Assembly (NCBI GenBank): GCA_035221665.1
Contig: CM069140.1
Location: 48,794,001 to 48,858,000, forward strand
From: Okamejei kenojei
Taxonomy: Eukaryota
Length of the DNA stretch: 64,000 nucleotides
Reading direction: 5' to 3'
Numbering within the stretch: the stretch's first letter is position 1; each line of letters opens with the position of its first letter. The position numbers and the translations under genes are program-made. Below are positions 12,391 to 24,545 of the stretch, one piece after another. Under the pieces are notes generated by a model, which worked only from the letters and a program-made list of their open reading frames with translations, had not been told where the DNA came from and made no database searches.

Positions 12391-12960
12391 TTCAGCAAAA
12401 TGCTATAGATTATAACTTTTGTAATCCATTTTGAAAATGTTATATTCAGAGTGCTGAAGATCTCCTTTAATGTGGACAAATAGTGCAATTTGATTTTTGG
12501 AAACCTATCTATATTTATATTCTGTTTATAGATGTATTGCAGATTTAAAAAGAGACCTGGGAGTTATCTATATTACTAAATGTCTGATCTTGACCACTTC
12601 CTGTTGTTCTGTATATTGATTTTAGAAAAAACGCTGCCACTTACGGCTGTGATTTTTTTTGCCATCTTACTCAGAGTCCCCCTCTGCTGCGCAGGACAAG
12701 AGGATTTTTCCCATCGATGAAAAATAAAAGAGTTATTAGCGTTTTAAAAATGTTGAGATTCTCTCTCCTGAAGGCCACGCCCCTTCCGGAGGGACTATAA
12801 AACCCGGAAGTGTTGAGTGCCTCAGTCAGTCTCTGCAAGGTGGGGGAATGAGAGGGTCAAGTCTCTCAGTCTGAGCTGTGAATAACACTGAACACATGTC
12901 TACTAAACTGTGAGTGCTTTTACTGGCCTGTCAGTGCCCTTAATATGGTTTGAAATATAG

Positions 12961-13248
12961 TTTGGAAATGCTAAAGCTGTGTTGACTTTGGTTTGGAAAC
13001 ACTAAAGCTGTTTTGCCTTTGGTTTGGAAACACTAAAGCTGTGTTGCCCTTGGTTTGGAAATGCTAAAGCTGTGTTGCCTTTGGTTTGGAAACGCTAAAG
13101 CTGTGTTGCCTTTGGTTTGGAAACGCTAAAGCCGTGTTGCCTTTGGTTTGGAAATGTTAAAGCTGTGTTGCCTAATTAAAGTTCCCTTGCCTAATTAAAG
13201 TTCCCTTGCCTAATTAAAGTTCCCTTGCCTAATTAAAGTTGCATTGCC
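12961..13248. repeat. Minisatellites inside the Helitron: 31-bp unit x~7, then 19-bp unit x~4
   Basis: tttggaaa(t/c)gctaaagctgtgttgcctttgg; cctaattaaagttcccttg. Confidence 0.9.
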
Positions 13249-13580
13249 TTCTATATAATTAAAAGTCTAATCTTGACCACTTCCTGTTTGCACTTTATAT
13301 TGATTTTAGAAAAAAAACACTACCACGTACGGCTGTGATTTTTGGCCATCTTACTCAGTCCCCCTGCGCTCATGAGGTGCCGAGGATTTTTCCCATCGAT
13401 GAAAAATAAAAGAGTTATTAGCGTTTTAAAAATGTTCAGATTATCTCTCCTGTCAATCATGCCATGAAGGCCACGCCCCTTCTGGTGGGAGGGGGAGGGA
13501 CTATAAAACCCAGAAGTGTGGGCGGGGCTCAGTCTCTACAAGATAGAGGAGGGAGAGGTCATGACTCGCTGTCTTTAGTG

Positions 13581-13698
13581 GCCTTGCACCCTGCTTGAAA
13601 TGGTATGAACCTGCACTTGAATTTGGGGGCCTTGCACCCTGCTTGAAGTGGTAAGAAACTGCACTTGAATTTGGTAGCCTTGCACCCTGCTTGAAATG
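13581..13698. repeat. 48-bp tandem repeat x~2.5 inside the Helitron
   Basis: gccttgcaccctgcttgaa at 13581, 13629, 13677. Confidence 0.85.
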
Positions 13699-14559
13699 AA
13701 ATTTAAAGGAATAGCGTAAGTCAACTGCCAGCCCACCAGCCATGAGTGAGTGAGCTGCCAGCACAACAGGCTTGAGTGTGAGCTGCCAGCCAAAGAAGCC
13801 ATTTGGCCCACAATGCCCATACTAGCCCTCTAGAATCCAGCCCCTTCGGCCCACAACACCCTTAATAGCGCTCCAGAAAGCCCCCCCCCCCCCCCCACTG
13901 GCCACCAATATTGCAATTGGTGGAGAGGTGGAATATTGCGTTGGGGGACCAGCCCTCCCATGTAATGCTGGGACCCAACGGGTCCCTCTTAGTCTAGTAG
14001 TTAATAAATCACAAAGTTCAAAAACAGATTACCTAGTATTTAGGAGTGCAAATGGAGATTATATTTCTTAGAAAAAGAAACAGTTCCCTAAGGGAAGAGA
14101 ATATTTCAATCTATTTAGTTTGGCTTGAGGTTTAGCAGAGTTAAAAAAATTTGGGTTATAGCAGTACTGGTGTAAAACTACATCATTTACCTCTGCCTTT
14201 ATGCCTAAACTCCTTCTCCACAAACAAAGTAAATAAGTGTACCCTGCCTAGGTCAGATTGGCTTTGTTGACCAATTGAAACGAAATGTTCCTTTTCTTCA
14301 GGTTATGATATTTGCACTAATAATATAAAAACTCAAAATTTTGTAAGTACTTAGACGAATCAGATTGCATCTTTGGAGAGAGCATCCATGGTCCTTCCAA
14401 ATCTGTACTTGCCTTGTCTGGATATGGGGAAGACCAATCTCGCTGCCCTTTGGCATCCCAAGCTCCGTGAGGCCCAAGTTGAAATGGGGTCCCTGGCAGT
14501 GCACTGAGGAGGCTAGATTCCACAAAAGCTTTGGCAATCAACAAACATCTTCAGCTGTT

Positions 14560-15650
14560 ATAATACCTGCCTCGTGTACTTCCTCTAACAGTTTGTTCCA
14601 TATACCCATCACCCTCTGAGTGAAAAAAGTTGTCCCTGAGGTTCCTAATAAATCTTTCCTCTCTGCCTTAAACCCATGTCCTCTGGTTTAAGGCAGAGAG
14701 GACAGTACCCTGCTTAAAAGTCTCTGCATTCACCCTATCTACCCCCCTCATGATGTTATATAACTCTATAAAATCACCCCTCAGCCTTCTACTTCAAGGA
14801 GTAAAGTACTAGTCTGCTCAACCTCTCCCTATAGCTCAGGCTCTTGAGTCCTGGCAACATCCTTGTAAATCTTCTCTGCACTCTTTACAGCTTAATAATA
14901 TCTTTCCTATAGCAGGGTGATCAAAACTGAACATGGTACTCCAACTGTGGCCTCACCAACAATTTGCAATCACCAGCATCTTGTACAACTGTAACATAAC
15001 ATCCCAACTTCTATAATCCATATCCTGACTGATGAAGGCCATTGTACCAAAAGCCTTCATTATCACCCTATCTATTTGTGACGCCATTTTCAGGGAACTA
15101 TGTACCTGTTCTCCGAGATCCTTCTGCTCTACAATATTCCCCAAGCCCCAACAGTTCACTGTGAAAGCTCTCCCCTGGTCTGACTTCCAAAATGTAACAC
15201 CTCGCACTTATCTGCATTAAACTACATCAGCCATTTCTCAGCCCACGGAGCTGGAGAAGAAATTGCGGAAGCTGTGATTGAGATATTCGCATCATTAGAC
15301 TTGGGGGTAGAGCGGAATGACTGGTGATTGGGTAATGATGTACCTCTGTTTAAGAAGGGTTTCAAGGAAAAGCCTGGGAACTATAGATCAGTGAACCTAA
15401 CATCTGAGGTAAGTAAATTACTGGAAAGGATTCTGAGAGATGAGATGTATGCATTTGGATAGATAGGGGCTGATTAGGGATAGTCATCATCGTTTTGTAC
15501 AAGGGAGATGATGTCTTACAAATGTAATTGAGTTTTTCTGAAGTATCCAAAAAGGTTGACAAAGACAAGAACGTCAACATTGTCTATATGGGATTCAGCA
15601 AGGCCTTTGATAAGGTTCCAAATGGTGGGCTGCCCTGTGTGGTTAGATAT
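14560..15650. mobile_element. Degenerate CR1-like LINE with an inverted 5' part
   Basis: Minus-strand 3' ORF2 remnant to ~15245, abutting a plus-strand FSKAFDKVP remnant. Confidence 0.7.
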
Positions 15651-15889
15651 TATGTGATATATAAAACTGGGATTACTATATACCATTATCTTGGCAATGT
15701 GCATTTTTTGATGCATTCCATTCTACTTCAATCCCAATTTGCACAGTGTGTTTGCCCTGTTCCAGATTAATAATCTCAAAGTCATTGGTCATTAGTGATT
15801 TTGTGGTGTGTCTTTTCTCTTTGACCTTGCTCTTTTATTTTACTTATGTCTACTCATGTTATGTTTATTTGGGTTTTTATGTTTTTCAG

Positions 15890-15986
15890 CTGGTTCATAT
15901 ATTTGCCAATGATTCAACTCATTTTGTCCCAGTAAAGGCACTCTTTCTCCTTGTAACATCTGTGACGCTCTCAATCTTCCAGCAAG
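15890..15986 (+). CDS. IPO13: Importin-13 exon (LVHIFANDSTHFVPVKALFLLVTSVTLSIFQQ)
   Basis: ttcag/gtagg, 97 bp, phase 1 end matches the next exon. Confidence 0.95.
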
Positions 15987-16201
15987 GTAGGTGACCATAG
16001 TTTTAAATTTGAATCCTTATGACAGGATGTGTATGCTGCCTGTTTGTCTTTCAACAATATTGATCATGCTGAAGTTTTTCCTGCACAGTTTTAGTGGTTT
16101 CTTTGCCATTCAATGTGGTGTAGGCAGACCTGTAAATCCTTCCTGAACCTTTAAAATACCAAATGCATAATTAGTTATGAAAAGTGACCATTTTACATAT
16201 A

Positions 16202-17365
16202 CAGTGCCCTCCATAATGTTTGGGACAAAGACCCAAACATTTAGTTATTTACCTCTGTATTCCACAGTTTGAGATTTATAATAGAAAAAAAATCACATTT
16301 GGTTAAAGTGCACATTGTCAGATAAAGGCATACATTTTGGTTAATGACAATGTCATGTAAATTAAAGTAGTCATGTTTAATATTTTATTGCATCTCCTTT
16401 GCATGCAATGACTGCTTGAAGTCTGTGATTCATGGTTATCACCAGTTCTCTGGTGGTGCTCTGCCAGGCCTGTATTGCAGCCAGCTTATGCTTGTTTTGG
16501 GGCCAGTCCCCTTCGGTTTTCTCTTCAGCATATAAATGGCATGCTCAATTGGGTTCAGATCGGGTGATTGACTTGGCCATTCAAGAATTGACCATTTTTT
16601 AGCTTTGAAAAACTCCTTTGTTGTTTTAACAGTATGTTTGGGATCATAGTCTTGCTGTTGAATGAACTGCCGACCAATTAGTTTTGAGGCATTTGTTTGA
16701 ACTTGAGCAGATAAGATGTGTCTATACACTTCAGAATTCATTGTGCTTCTACCATCAGCAGTTGTATCATCAATTTAGATAAGTGAGCCAGTATCTTCAG
16801 CAGCCATACATGCCCAGGCCATAACACCCCCACTACTGTGTTCACAGATGAGGTGATACGCTTTGGATCTGGGGCAGTTCCTTCTCTCCTCCATACTTTG
16901 CTCTTGCCATCACTCTGATATAAGTTAATCTTCATCTCATCTGTCCATAAGACCTTTTTCCAGAACCGTGGTTGCTCTTTTAAGTATTCTTGGCAAACTG
17001 TAACCTGGCCATCCTATTTTTGCGGCCTACCAGTGGTTTGCATGTTGCAGTGTAGCCTCTGTATTTCTATTCATGAAGTCTTCTGCGGACAGTGGTCATT
17101 GACAAATCCACATCTGACTCCTGAAGAGAGTTTCTGATCTGTCGGACAGGTGTCTGGGGATTTTTCTTTATTATTGTCATCAGCTGTGGAGGTCTTCCTT
17201 GGCCTGCCGGTCCCTTTGCGATTAGTAAACTCACCAACGCTCTCTTCTTATTCCAAATGCTGATTTTGGTAAGCCTAAGGTTTGGCTGATGTCTCTAACA
17301 GTTTTATTCTTGTTTCTAAGCCTCATAATGGCTACTTTGACATGACTTTGGTTCTCATGTTAATA
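16202..17365 (-). mobile_element. Tc1-family transposon, one end lost, decayed transposase
   Basis: ta-CAGTGCCCTCCATAATGTTTGGGAC TIR; QQDYDPKH and WPSQSPDLNPIEH motifs. Confidence 0.88.
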
Positions 17366-17747
17366 ATTTGAGCACTCATGCACATGGAGGGAGTGCTTTA
17401 AATCTTTTCAGCATCAGTAGAGGGTGTCGCTCTGTTGTGTTGTTCACTGCTGTTCCAGTGTTTGCTTTCTGCACAGTTTGTGAAATGGGTGCCTGTGGAT
17501 GAAAAGTTAAATTCATCTTCCTCTAAATGTGTTTCAAATGAAATGAGAAAATTATGTAAATTTAAGATTAAGGAATTTTGAAGTTTCTGTATTTCCTACA
17601 AAAAATTACTGACTTACAAATTGCTTCGTGAATCTAAGATTTATTTTAGGATCTAATATGAAGGAAAATTGTGGATGTAATTTGTTTCATTTTAAAAAGA
17701 CGTTTGTGAAGCATTTGCATGGTCTGTTATTAAGAGAACATGCTGTT

Positions 17748-18912
17748 GGGGTACCCGGATGTGGCGTGGAAGGACGAGAAGCCAAAGCAAAGAAGTGGAA
17801 GCCAAATAACTGAACGGAAACGAAGCCGAAACGCCAACTAACCGAAAGGGCGGGACGCCTAAAAGCCAACCACCCGAAAGGGTGGGACGCCTAAAAGCAA
17901 ACTCACCGAAAGGCCGCTCTGTGGAAACGCCAACTCACCGAAAGGCTGCATCGCCTACAAGCCAAATCACCGAATGGCTGCTCTGCCGAAAATTCAAATA
18001 ACGGACATGACGTCGCCGGGGCGCTGGGACTTGTCAGTGATTGGTCCAGACGCCCGCGTCCATCACATCACTGGCCGGTGGAGACGGGAGGATGGGGGTC
18101 ATTTTCCCACACAAGCCATAGATGACTGGGCACTCTGAACCCGAGCACCAAGTTGTAAGCGGCCGAAGGAGGGCATCCCTCTGGACAGCCACCACTCTCC
18201 CACGGCCACGGCCGTCTCCCCCATGCGGCCGTCCGCCTCGTCTCCCCCGTGCGGCTTCACTGTGACGGGCTGTGTGTCGGCAGCGCCGGGTGGAGCAGAG
18301 GTGTGGGACAGGCTGGTCCCTCCGCCCACCCAGACTCATTGACCGCGATGCACCACCATTACGCCCCAACACCCATACCGAGTGATTCACCCCCCCCACA
18401 CCGGCCGCGGGGACAGATGGCTCGGGGCACTGGCAGCCATAGTGAATCACTTTTAAAACATGGGGTGAGGGGGGCACACACAAATTCCCTGGTGGGCCAA
18501 TGAAAAGTGTGCATGACAACGAACAATTTTACCTCCTTCCACTTCCCACCCACCCCCCCCCCCCCCCCCCCCCCCGATAACAAGAAACACATTTTATTTA
18601 TTGTTTAAACACAGTAATACCGTCTGGTTGTCTGCGTAACGCACACAAGCTCCCACGCTCAAAACAACAGATAATCTGTAATCTGATTTAACCGAAAATT
18701 GACACAAAAAGCTGGAGTAACGCGGCGGAACAGGCAGCATCTCTGGAGAGGAGGAATGGGTGGCGTTTTGGGTCGAAACCATTATTCAGACCTGAATGGT
18801 CACAGCCGATGAAATGAGGCAACTGTCATTTACGCGGAGTGACTCAGTGGGACAGTCAGCATCTCTGGATAGAAGGAATGGGTGGCGTTTCGGGTCGAGA
18901 ACCTTCAGACTC
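17748..18912. mobile_element. Unclassified GC-rich repeat with short tandem sub-repeats fused to a hammerhead module
   Basis: Second, inverted copy at ~45757-46390 with the same junction. Confidence 0.6.
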
Positions 18913-20519
18913 AGTCTTCGGTGGTGGGATCTGTACTTTACACCTGAATCTCTCTGCCCTACAATACTCACCAGGGCCATGTCATTTACAGCACAAGTCT
19001 TGCCCTGGTTTAACTTCCCAAACTGCACTTGTTTGAGTTAATTCCATTTGCCGGTCATAGGTGCCTGGCAGGATCCGCTGGTTGTAGCCCTGGATGACAC
19101 ACCACCAAATTTAGTGTCATCCACAAACTTACTGATCATGCCATCTGCATTCTTAACCAAACTGTTAATACATATGACAAACAATAGTGGATCCAACTGA
19201 TCCATGTGTCATAGGATACAAGCGGATAAATATTCTCTTTATACCCTTCCATATCTTTAGTGCCCCTCTCTCCTGACTCTGTCCGAGGAAGGGTCTCGAC
19301 CCAAAACGTCACCCATTCCTTCTCTCTAGAGATGCTGCCTATCCACTAATTAATTCCAGAATTTTGTGTGTATCTTTAGTATAAACAAGCATCTGTATTT
19401 CCTTTTTATTACATTATTCCATTCTTTATTGCCCTCCTTGCCTCTCTAAATTATTATCAAATAACAGTTTTTAAATGTTCATACAATTATTTAGCATTAC
19501 ACTGATCATATATTGTGTTCAGATTTTTGATAAGTAGTATCCCTTCTGCATTATGTTGGGCCTAGATGGTCTGGATTGAAAGCAGGGAAATCTGTGAATA
19601 TGGCTGGTAACTACCTCCATCTGGGAAGCCAAAGCATTAATTGAGATTTGAATCCTGCCTGTTAAACATAACTTTGCTATTTCCTTCTATGCTATTGAGG
19701 CAGTGTACCTGTGAGATATTTTACTACTGCTTGGGGGTTGGGAGATCAATGGAAGTTGTTGCATCCATGAAATGCTAATCAATCTAGTTTGATTGGTATA
19801 GGTATATATTGCAGATTGATGAAAATGGGCAAAATCGCTTTTGATACAATTGTAATAAACAATTGATGCTTTGCGAGTGTTGGTATAATTAGTAACCATA
19901 AAGACTGTAGCTGCTCCAAATTGGAAGGACAGGTAACATCTGCAAAGTGAGGAACAGAGTTAACATTTCGGGTTCATGCCTCTTGTCAGAATCATTTGCT
20001 CATTTGACAAGATGCAGTTAACCTAATAGATGAACTTCCTCTTTCCATAGATGCACCTGGCCTGAGTATTTCCAGAATTTTCTGACTTTCTTTCTTAGTG
20101 CAATTATTCAAATGGAGTTCATTGTGAAGAACAGATTTTTATATTTACCTGGGTGGCTACACTTTTAAATGGATGAATGATTCGTTTGAAATGGTGATAT
20201 TTAACTGGCATTCTGCATTATTCTTGCTCATGATGTTCAGGTAGTTCTAGGCTCTTATTTTGCTTTGGTTCAACAAACTGGTGGTAGAGGTAATAAAAAC
20301 AATAAATTGAAAAACTCAACTTGCTGTGCATGATTTACACCACATTCAAATTTTCAACTCGAGTTTACATTGAGTATATTGAAATGAGGTTGTGTATGAG
20401 GATAAGAAAAAAACAACTTGTGTGCTTTTACTACTGCCATAGTGGTACTTGATGCAGGGTATCAACGTTGTATCTGGCGCCAATATGGCAAATTTAAGAT
20501 TAGTGGCCTGGAGTTAGGG

Positions 20520-20660
20520 CTAGATAGGGCTCTTAAAGATAGCGGAGTCAGGGGATATGGGGAGAAGGCAGGAATGGGGTACTGATTGGAGATGATCAAC
20601 CATGATCACATTGAATGGCGGTGCTGGCTCGAAGGGCCTACTCCTGCACCTATTATCTAT
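20520..20660 (+). mobile_element. CR1 3' tail fragment
   Basis: ggatatggggagaaggcagga...gaatggcggtgctggctcgaagggcc, similar to the other CR1 tails. Confidence 0.75.
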
Positions 20661-21171
20661 TGAGTTAATTGATACGTCTCCATAGAACTTGAAGCTTAAA
20701 TCCCAAAACAAAGTTTCCACAGTTATTTGCATAAAACTGAGTGAAAAAAAATGTTCATTTTAGCACATAGCCAAATGTCTATATTATTAGAGAGCCATAG
20801 AATTTTTCCAAAGTGGAAAATCCAATGTGTTACAACCTCTTTTGGTGTTATTAATAGGCAACTGATAGCATTAAATATTTGCCATGGGCTTTAGATTGTT
20901 ATTAATCTATTAAATTATGAATGCCAGTAGCTTTCGTGACTAGGTCTTGGTATTTAGGGGACACTTGCATCATTGTAGTTGCTATTTTATTTAGTCATTA
21001 AAAAACATTCTAACTTTTCTAAATCTGTATACATGCATCTGTGCCATCTGTGTCTGGTGTCCACACAAAATGCTGGAGTAACTCAGCAGGTGAGGCAGCA
21101 TCTATGGAGAGAAGAAATTGGCGACGTTTCGGGTCTGGTGTATCTTTGTCGGTTGCCGTCTGCCTCTGAAT

Positions 21172-21810
21172 CCAAAGTCAAAGTCAAATTTATTCGTCAC
21201 ATGTACTAACGAAGGTACAGTGAAATGAATTTGCCATGCAGCGATACACTTTAAAAAAAAAAAGAACACACAATACACAATAGAATTTAACACAAACATC
21301 CACCACAGCATTCTTCACTGTGGTAGAAGGCAACAAAGTTCAGTCAGTCCTCCTCCTTTGTTCATCCTTGGTCGGGGTCGTGAACCCGCCATAATTGCCG
21401 CTACGGACGGCCAGATGTACAGGCCCTCTTGTCGGGATGATCTAAACTCCGACGTCGGGATGGTCGAACTCACTCCATGGTTTGGAGTGCCAGAATCGGC
21501 ACTTTCCTACCGGAGACCGCGGCTTCAGGATGTTATAGGCCGCAGGCTAGCGATCGGAGCTCTTCTCCAGTGATCCCCGGCAAGGGATTCCAGACTCTGG
21601 ATGGTAAGTCCATGGCACACCCGCGGCTAGAAGCTCCACAGCCCCATGATGTCAAAGTCCCCAGGCCAGCGATCGGAGCACTCCTTTCTGGCGACCCCCG
21701 GCAAGGGTTCGCTCCACTCCGCGATGGAAAAGTCCACGCTGCGCCCGCTGCTGAAGTTCTGGGCCCGATTCCGGGAAAGGCCGCTCCAAGTTGTTAGGCC
21801 TCAGAGGGGA
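21172..21810 (-). mobile_element. Non-autonomous retroposon (LINE-like 3' tail), related to 47895-48595 and 56122-56290
   Basis: Shared gccttc(c/t)a(t/c)cacagtga(g/a)gaatg block, aataaa and short tandem tail. Confidence 0.55.
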
Positions 21811-22269
21811 GGCGGAGATTCCAGAGGCAATATTTTAAATTGTACTCAAAAACATGAACATAATCTGTAATCTGATGTGGGAAGTGTTGTGCTTTCAGAG
21901 GTGCCAACTTTCAGATGATAATGTTCAACAGGAGGACATAAAGGATTCCAGCAAGGTTCCATCTTGGCCAATATTTATCCCGCTGAAGTAGCATTAAAAT
22001 TAATTGCCTGGTGTTCGTCACATTTTGTTTGAGACTTGTTCGGCTGTGTTTCCTGTCTAACAACAGTGACTGCAATTCAGAAGTGCTTTAGCTAGAATGC
22101 ACTTTGGAATATCCTGGTAGGCTTGGTAGAAGATTAATTTTTGATGGCTTCAGAGAACAATGTACTGAATTCAGGATGTAGATCTTTTTTGCAAAAAAGG
22201 TTGGATTAATAATTGAGAATACTGGGCTAGCAGTCTAGAAAATATGTCTTCAAACTCAAGGTAAATTGG

Positions 22270-23620
22270 AAGATCGAGAATTTGTCTCCAGCAAATGAGA
22301 GGTCTGTTCAAGCATCTGATAACATTGGGGAAGAAACTGTTCTTAAATCTGATGGTGTGTGCTTTCAAGCTTTTGTATCTTCTGCACTATGCAAGAGGGA
22401 ATAACCAGGGTCTGAGTGGTCATTGATTATCTGTAGGAAAGAACTGCAGATGTTAGTTTAAATCGAAGGTAGACACAAAATGCTGGAGTAACTCAGCGGG
22501 ACAGGCAGCATCTCTGGAGAGAAGGAATGGGTGACGTTTCGGGTCGAGTCTGAAGAAGGGTCTCGACCCGAAACGTCACCCATTCCTTTTCTCCAGAGAT
22601 GCTGCCTGTCCCGCTGAGTTACTCTAGCATTTTGTGGTCCTTGATAATGTTAGCTGCTTTCTTGTGGTGGCTTGAAGTGTGGATGCATTTGATGCGATGG
22701 GGAACGCTGATATGTGTGGTGGACTGGCCTGGATTCACAAATCTCTGTGATTTCTTGCAGCCTTGGGCAGAGTGGTTACCAGAGCGTTTCCTTGGTCTTT
22801 TAACAAAATACAACGATTAGTGGGTATGCTAATTCTCGGATATAGTGTCAATATGATTCGACCAGGCAAATTGTTGATGATATTTACACCTGGGAATATT
22901 AAATTTGCGACCATGTCCATTTCAGCACCATTGATGCAGACTGAGGAGTGTGCATTCCAACCCTCTTCCTGAAATCGATGACGAGCTCCTTTGTTTTGCT
23001 GACAGTGAGGGGGGGGGTTGGTGATTTGAGACCATGCTGCTAACCTCCCTATTTTCTTCCCGTACTGTCTCATCATTGAGATTTGGCCCACTATGATGGT
23101 GTCATCTGCAATCGTCTATATGGAGTTAGAGCAGAATATGACTACTGTTGTGATTGTACGGGGAGTATGCTAAGTGGTTGAGAATGCATCCTTACAGGGC
23201 ATTGGCATTGAGAATTATCATGGGTAATTCTCCATGTATTGTTATTTATCCATCCTGATTGAGGTCTAGGGGTCAGGAAGCCATGGATCCAGTTGCAAAA
23301 GAGAGGAAGTTGAATGTAGGTCCAGGAGTTTGGATGCAAGTTTGGTTAGGATTATGGTGCTGAAGGCTGATCCATAGTCAAATAATAGGAGGCTAGCATA
23401 GGTGTCCTTGCTATCCAGATGTTCCAGGAAGGAGAGTAGGGAGAGAGAGATGGTGTCCACTGCGTAACAGTTGCAGTGTAGGAGAATTGCAGTGTTATGA
23501 AGCTGGAGTTGAAGTGTCCTTGGCCTGCCTCTCAAAAGCACAGTGAATGTCAGAGCCGCCAGATTGTAGTCATTAAGGCAGATTTTGTTGGTTTACTTTG
23601 GCACTGGGGTGATAGTGGTC
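22270..23620 (-). mobile_element. Rex1/Babar-like LINE remnant
   Basis: LEHLDSKDTYASLLLFDYGSAFSTII; C-terminal RFKNSFFPNVIRCLN. Confidence 0.7.
22432..22633. mobile_element. Palindromic Penelope-derived short element with hammerhead core (22550-22577, +)
   Basis: Long inverted arms; degenerate 15-bp TSD gtggtc(a/c)ttgat(t/a)at. Confidence 0.8.
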
Positions 23621-24492
23621 TTATTCCTCCCCGTCCACCTGGCCGTTAGACATTTGGGGAGAGGGGTGAAAATAATCATGCTGAATGCTGCTTGATCTTG
23701 AGAAATTGATAGTTGAATAAAGAGGTACTCCCTTCTATCCTTGATATATTGACTTGGAGTTGAGTTGGTAGTTTAAGCAAAATTATGCTGCAACGTTCGA
23801 TATTAATGTAAATTATTATCACGTCTTGTACATTTTAGAGACTTCTATTTGCACGTCTTTGAGTCTTGCAGAAATTCTGCACGACAATGATTAATAGCTG
23901 CATAATCTGTTGGACTACGTCTAGTAAATAGAGACATGTTCAGAGATGTTGTATCATCTTAAAAACAAGTTTGAAAGTGAGTGTTTTGGATCTTCTCTGT
24001 CCCAGATTAGAGGCATACCAACAGAAATAGACATATTAATCTTTGACATCCTCAAGAATTGTGTGGTCTATCATAAGTTTACAAAATTTTGTTCTTGTAA
24101 CATTTTATTTACAGTAGTTTTCTGAGATCCCCAAGTGATACAACGTTTCAGTTGTTGGAAATGCCAACTTTTCCTCTTCAATGGGGAAAGTAAATCTAAA
24201 AATACTTGAACAGTAAATTTCTGTAAGTTTCCAGTTCTTTGAAAATTGCCTTGGGTTCTTGACAAAGACATATTTTTGATCGGTTTTCTCTATACCTGGG
24301 TTTCAATCTTCTTTGCTGTTTATTTATTTTGGGTTCTGAAGTTTCATATTTCTGTACATTCTTTTCTTTAACTGCTTTAAGCTGTTCATTGTACCCCCTC
24401 ACTGTAACTGTTATGTAGAGTTCATGAGACAATAAGAAAATTGATTTGTTGTTTGTATATTATTTCTTAAGTTACATCTTATTATATTTTAG

Positions 24493-24545
24493 GACCCAGG
24501 GATCATCCTGATATTGTTGATTCATTTATGCAACTCCTGGCACAG
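24493..24545 (+). CDS. IPO13: Importin-13 exon (GPRDHPDIVDSFMQLLAQ)
   Basis: tttag/gtgtg, 53 bp, phase-consistent. Confidence 0.95.

Larger units (their letters stand above)
12567..13997 (+). mobile_element. Non-autonomous Helitron
   Basis: 5' TC, 3' CTAG, GGGACCC-aac-GGGTCCC hairpin (13970-13986) just before the end, inserted between A and T with no TSD; duplicated 5' module at ~13250. Confidence 0.85.

Noticed and set aside
12961-13248. Regular short repeats resembling a CRISPR array
   Set aside because: Head-to-tail units with no unique spacers, no cas genes, eukaryotic context; a minisatellite inside a Helitron
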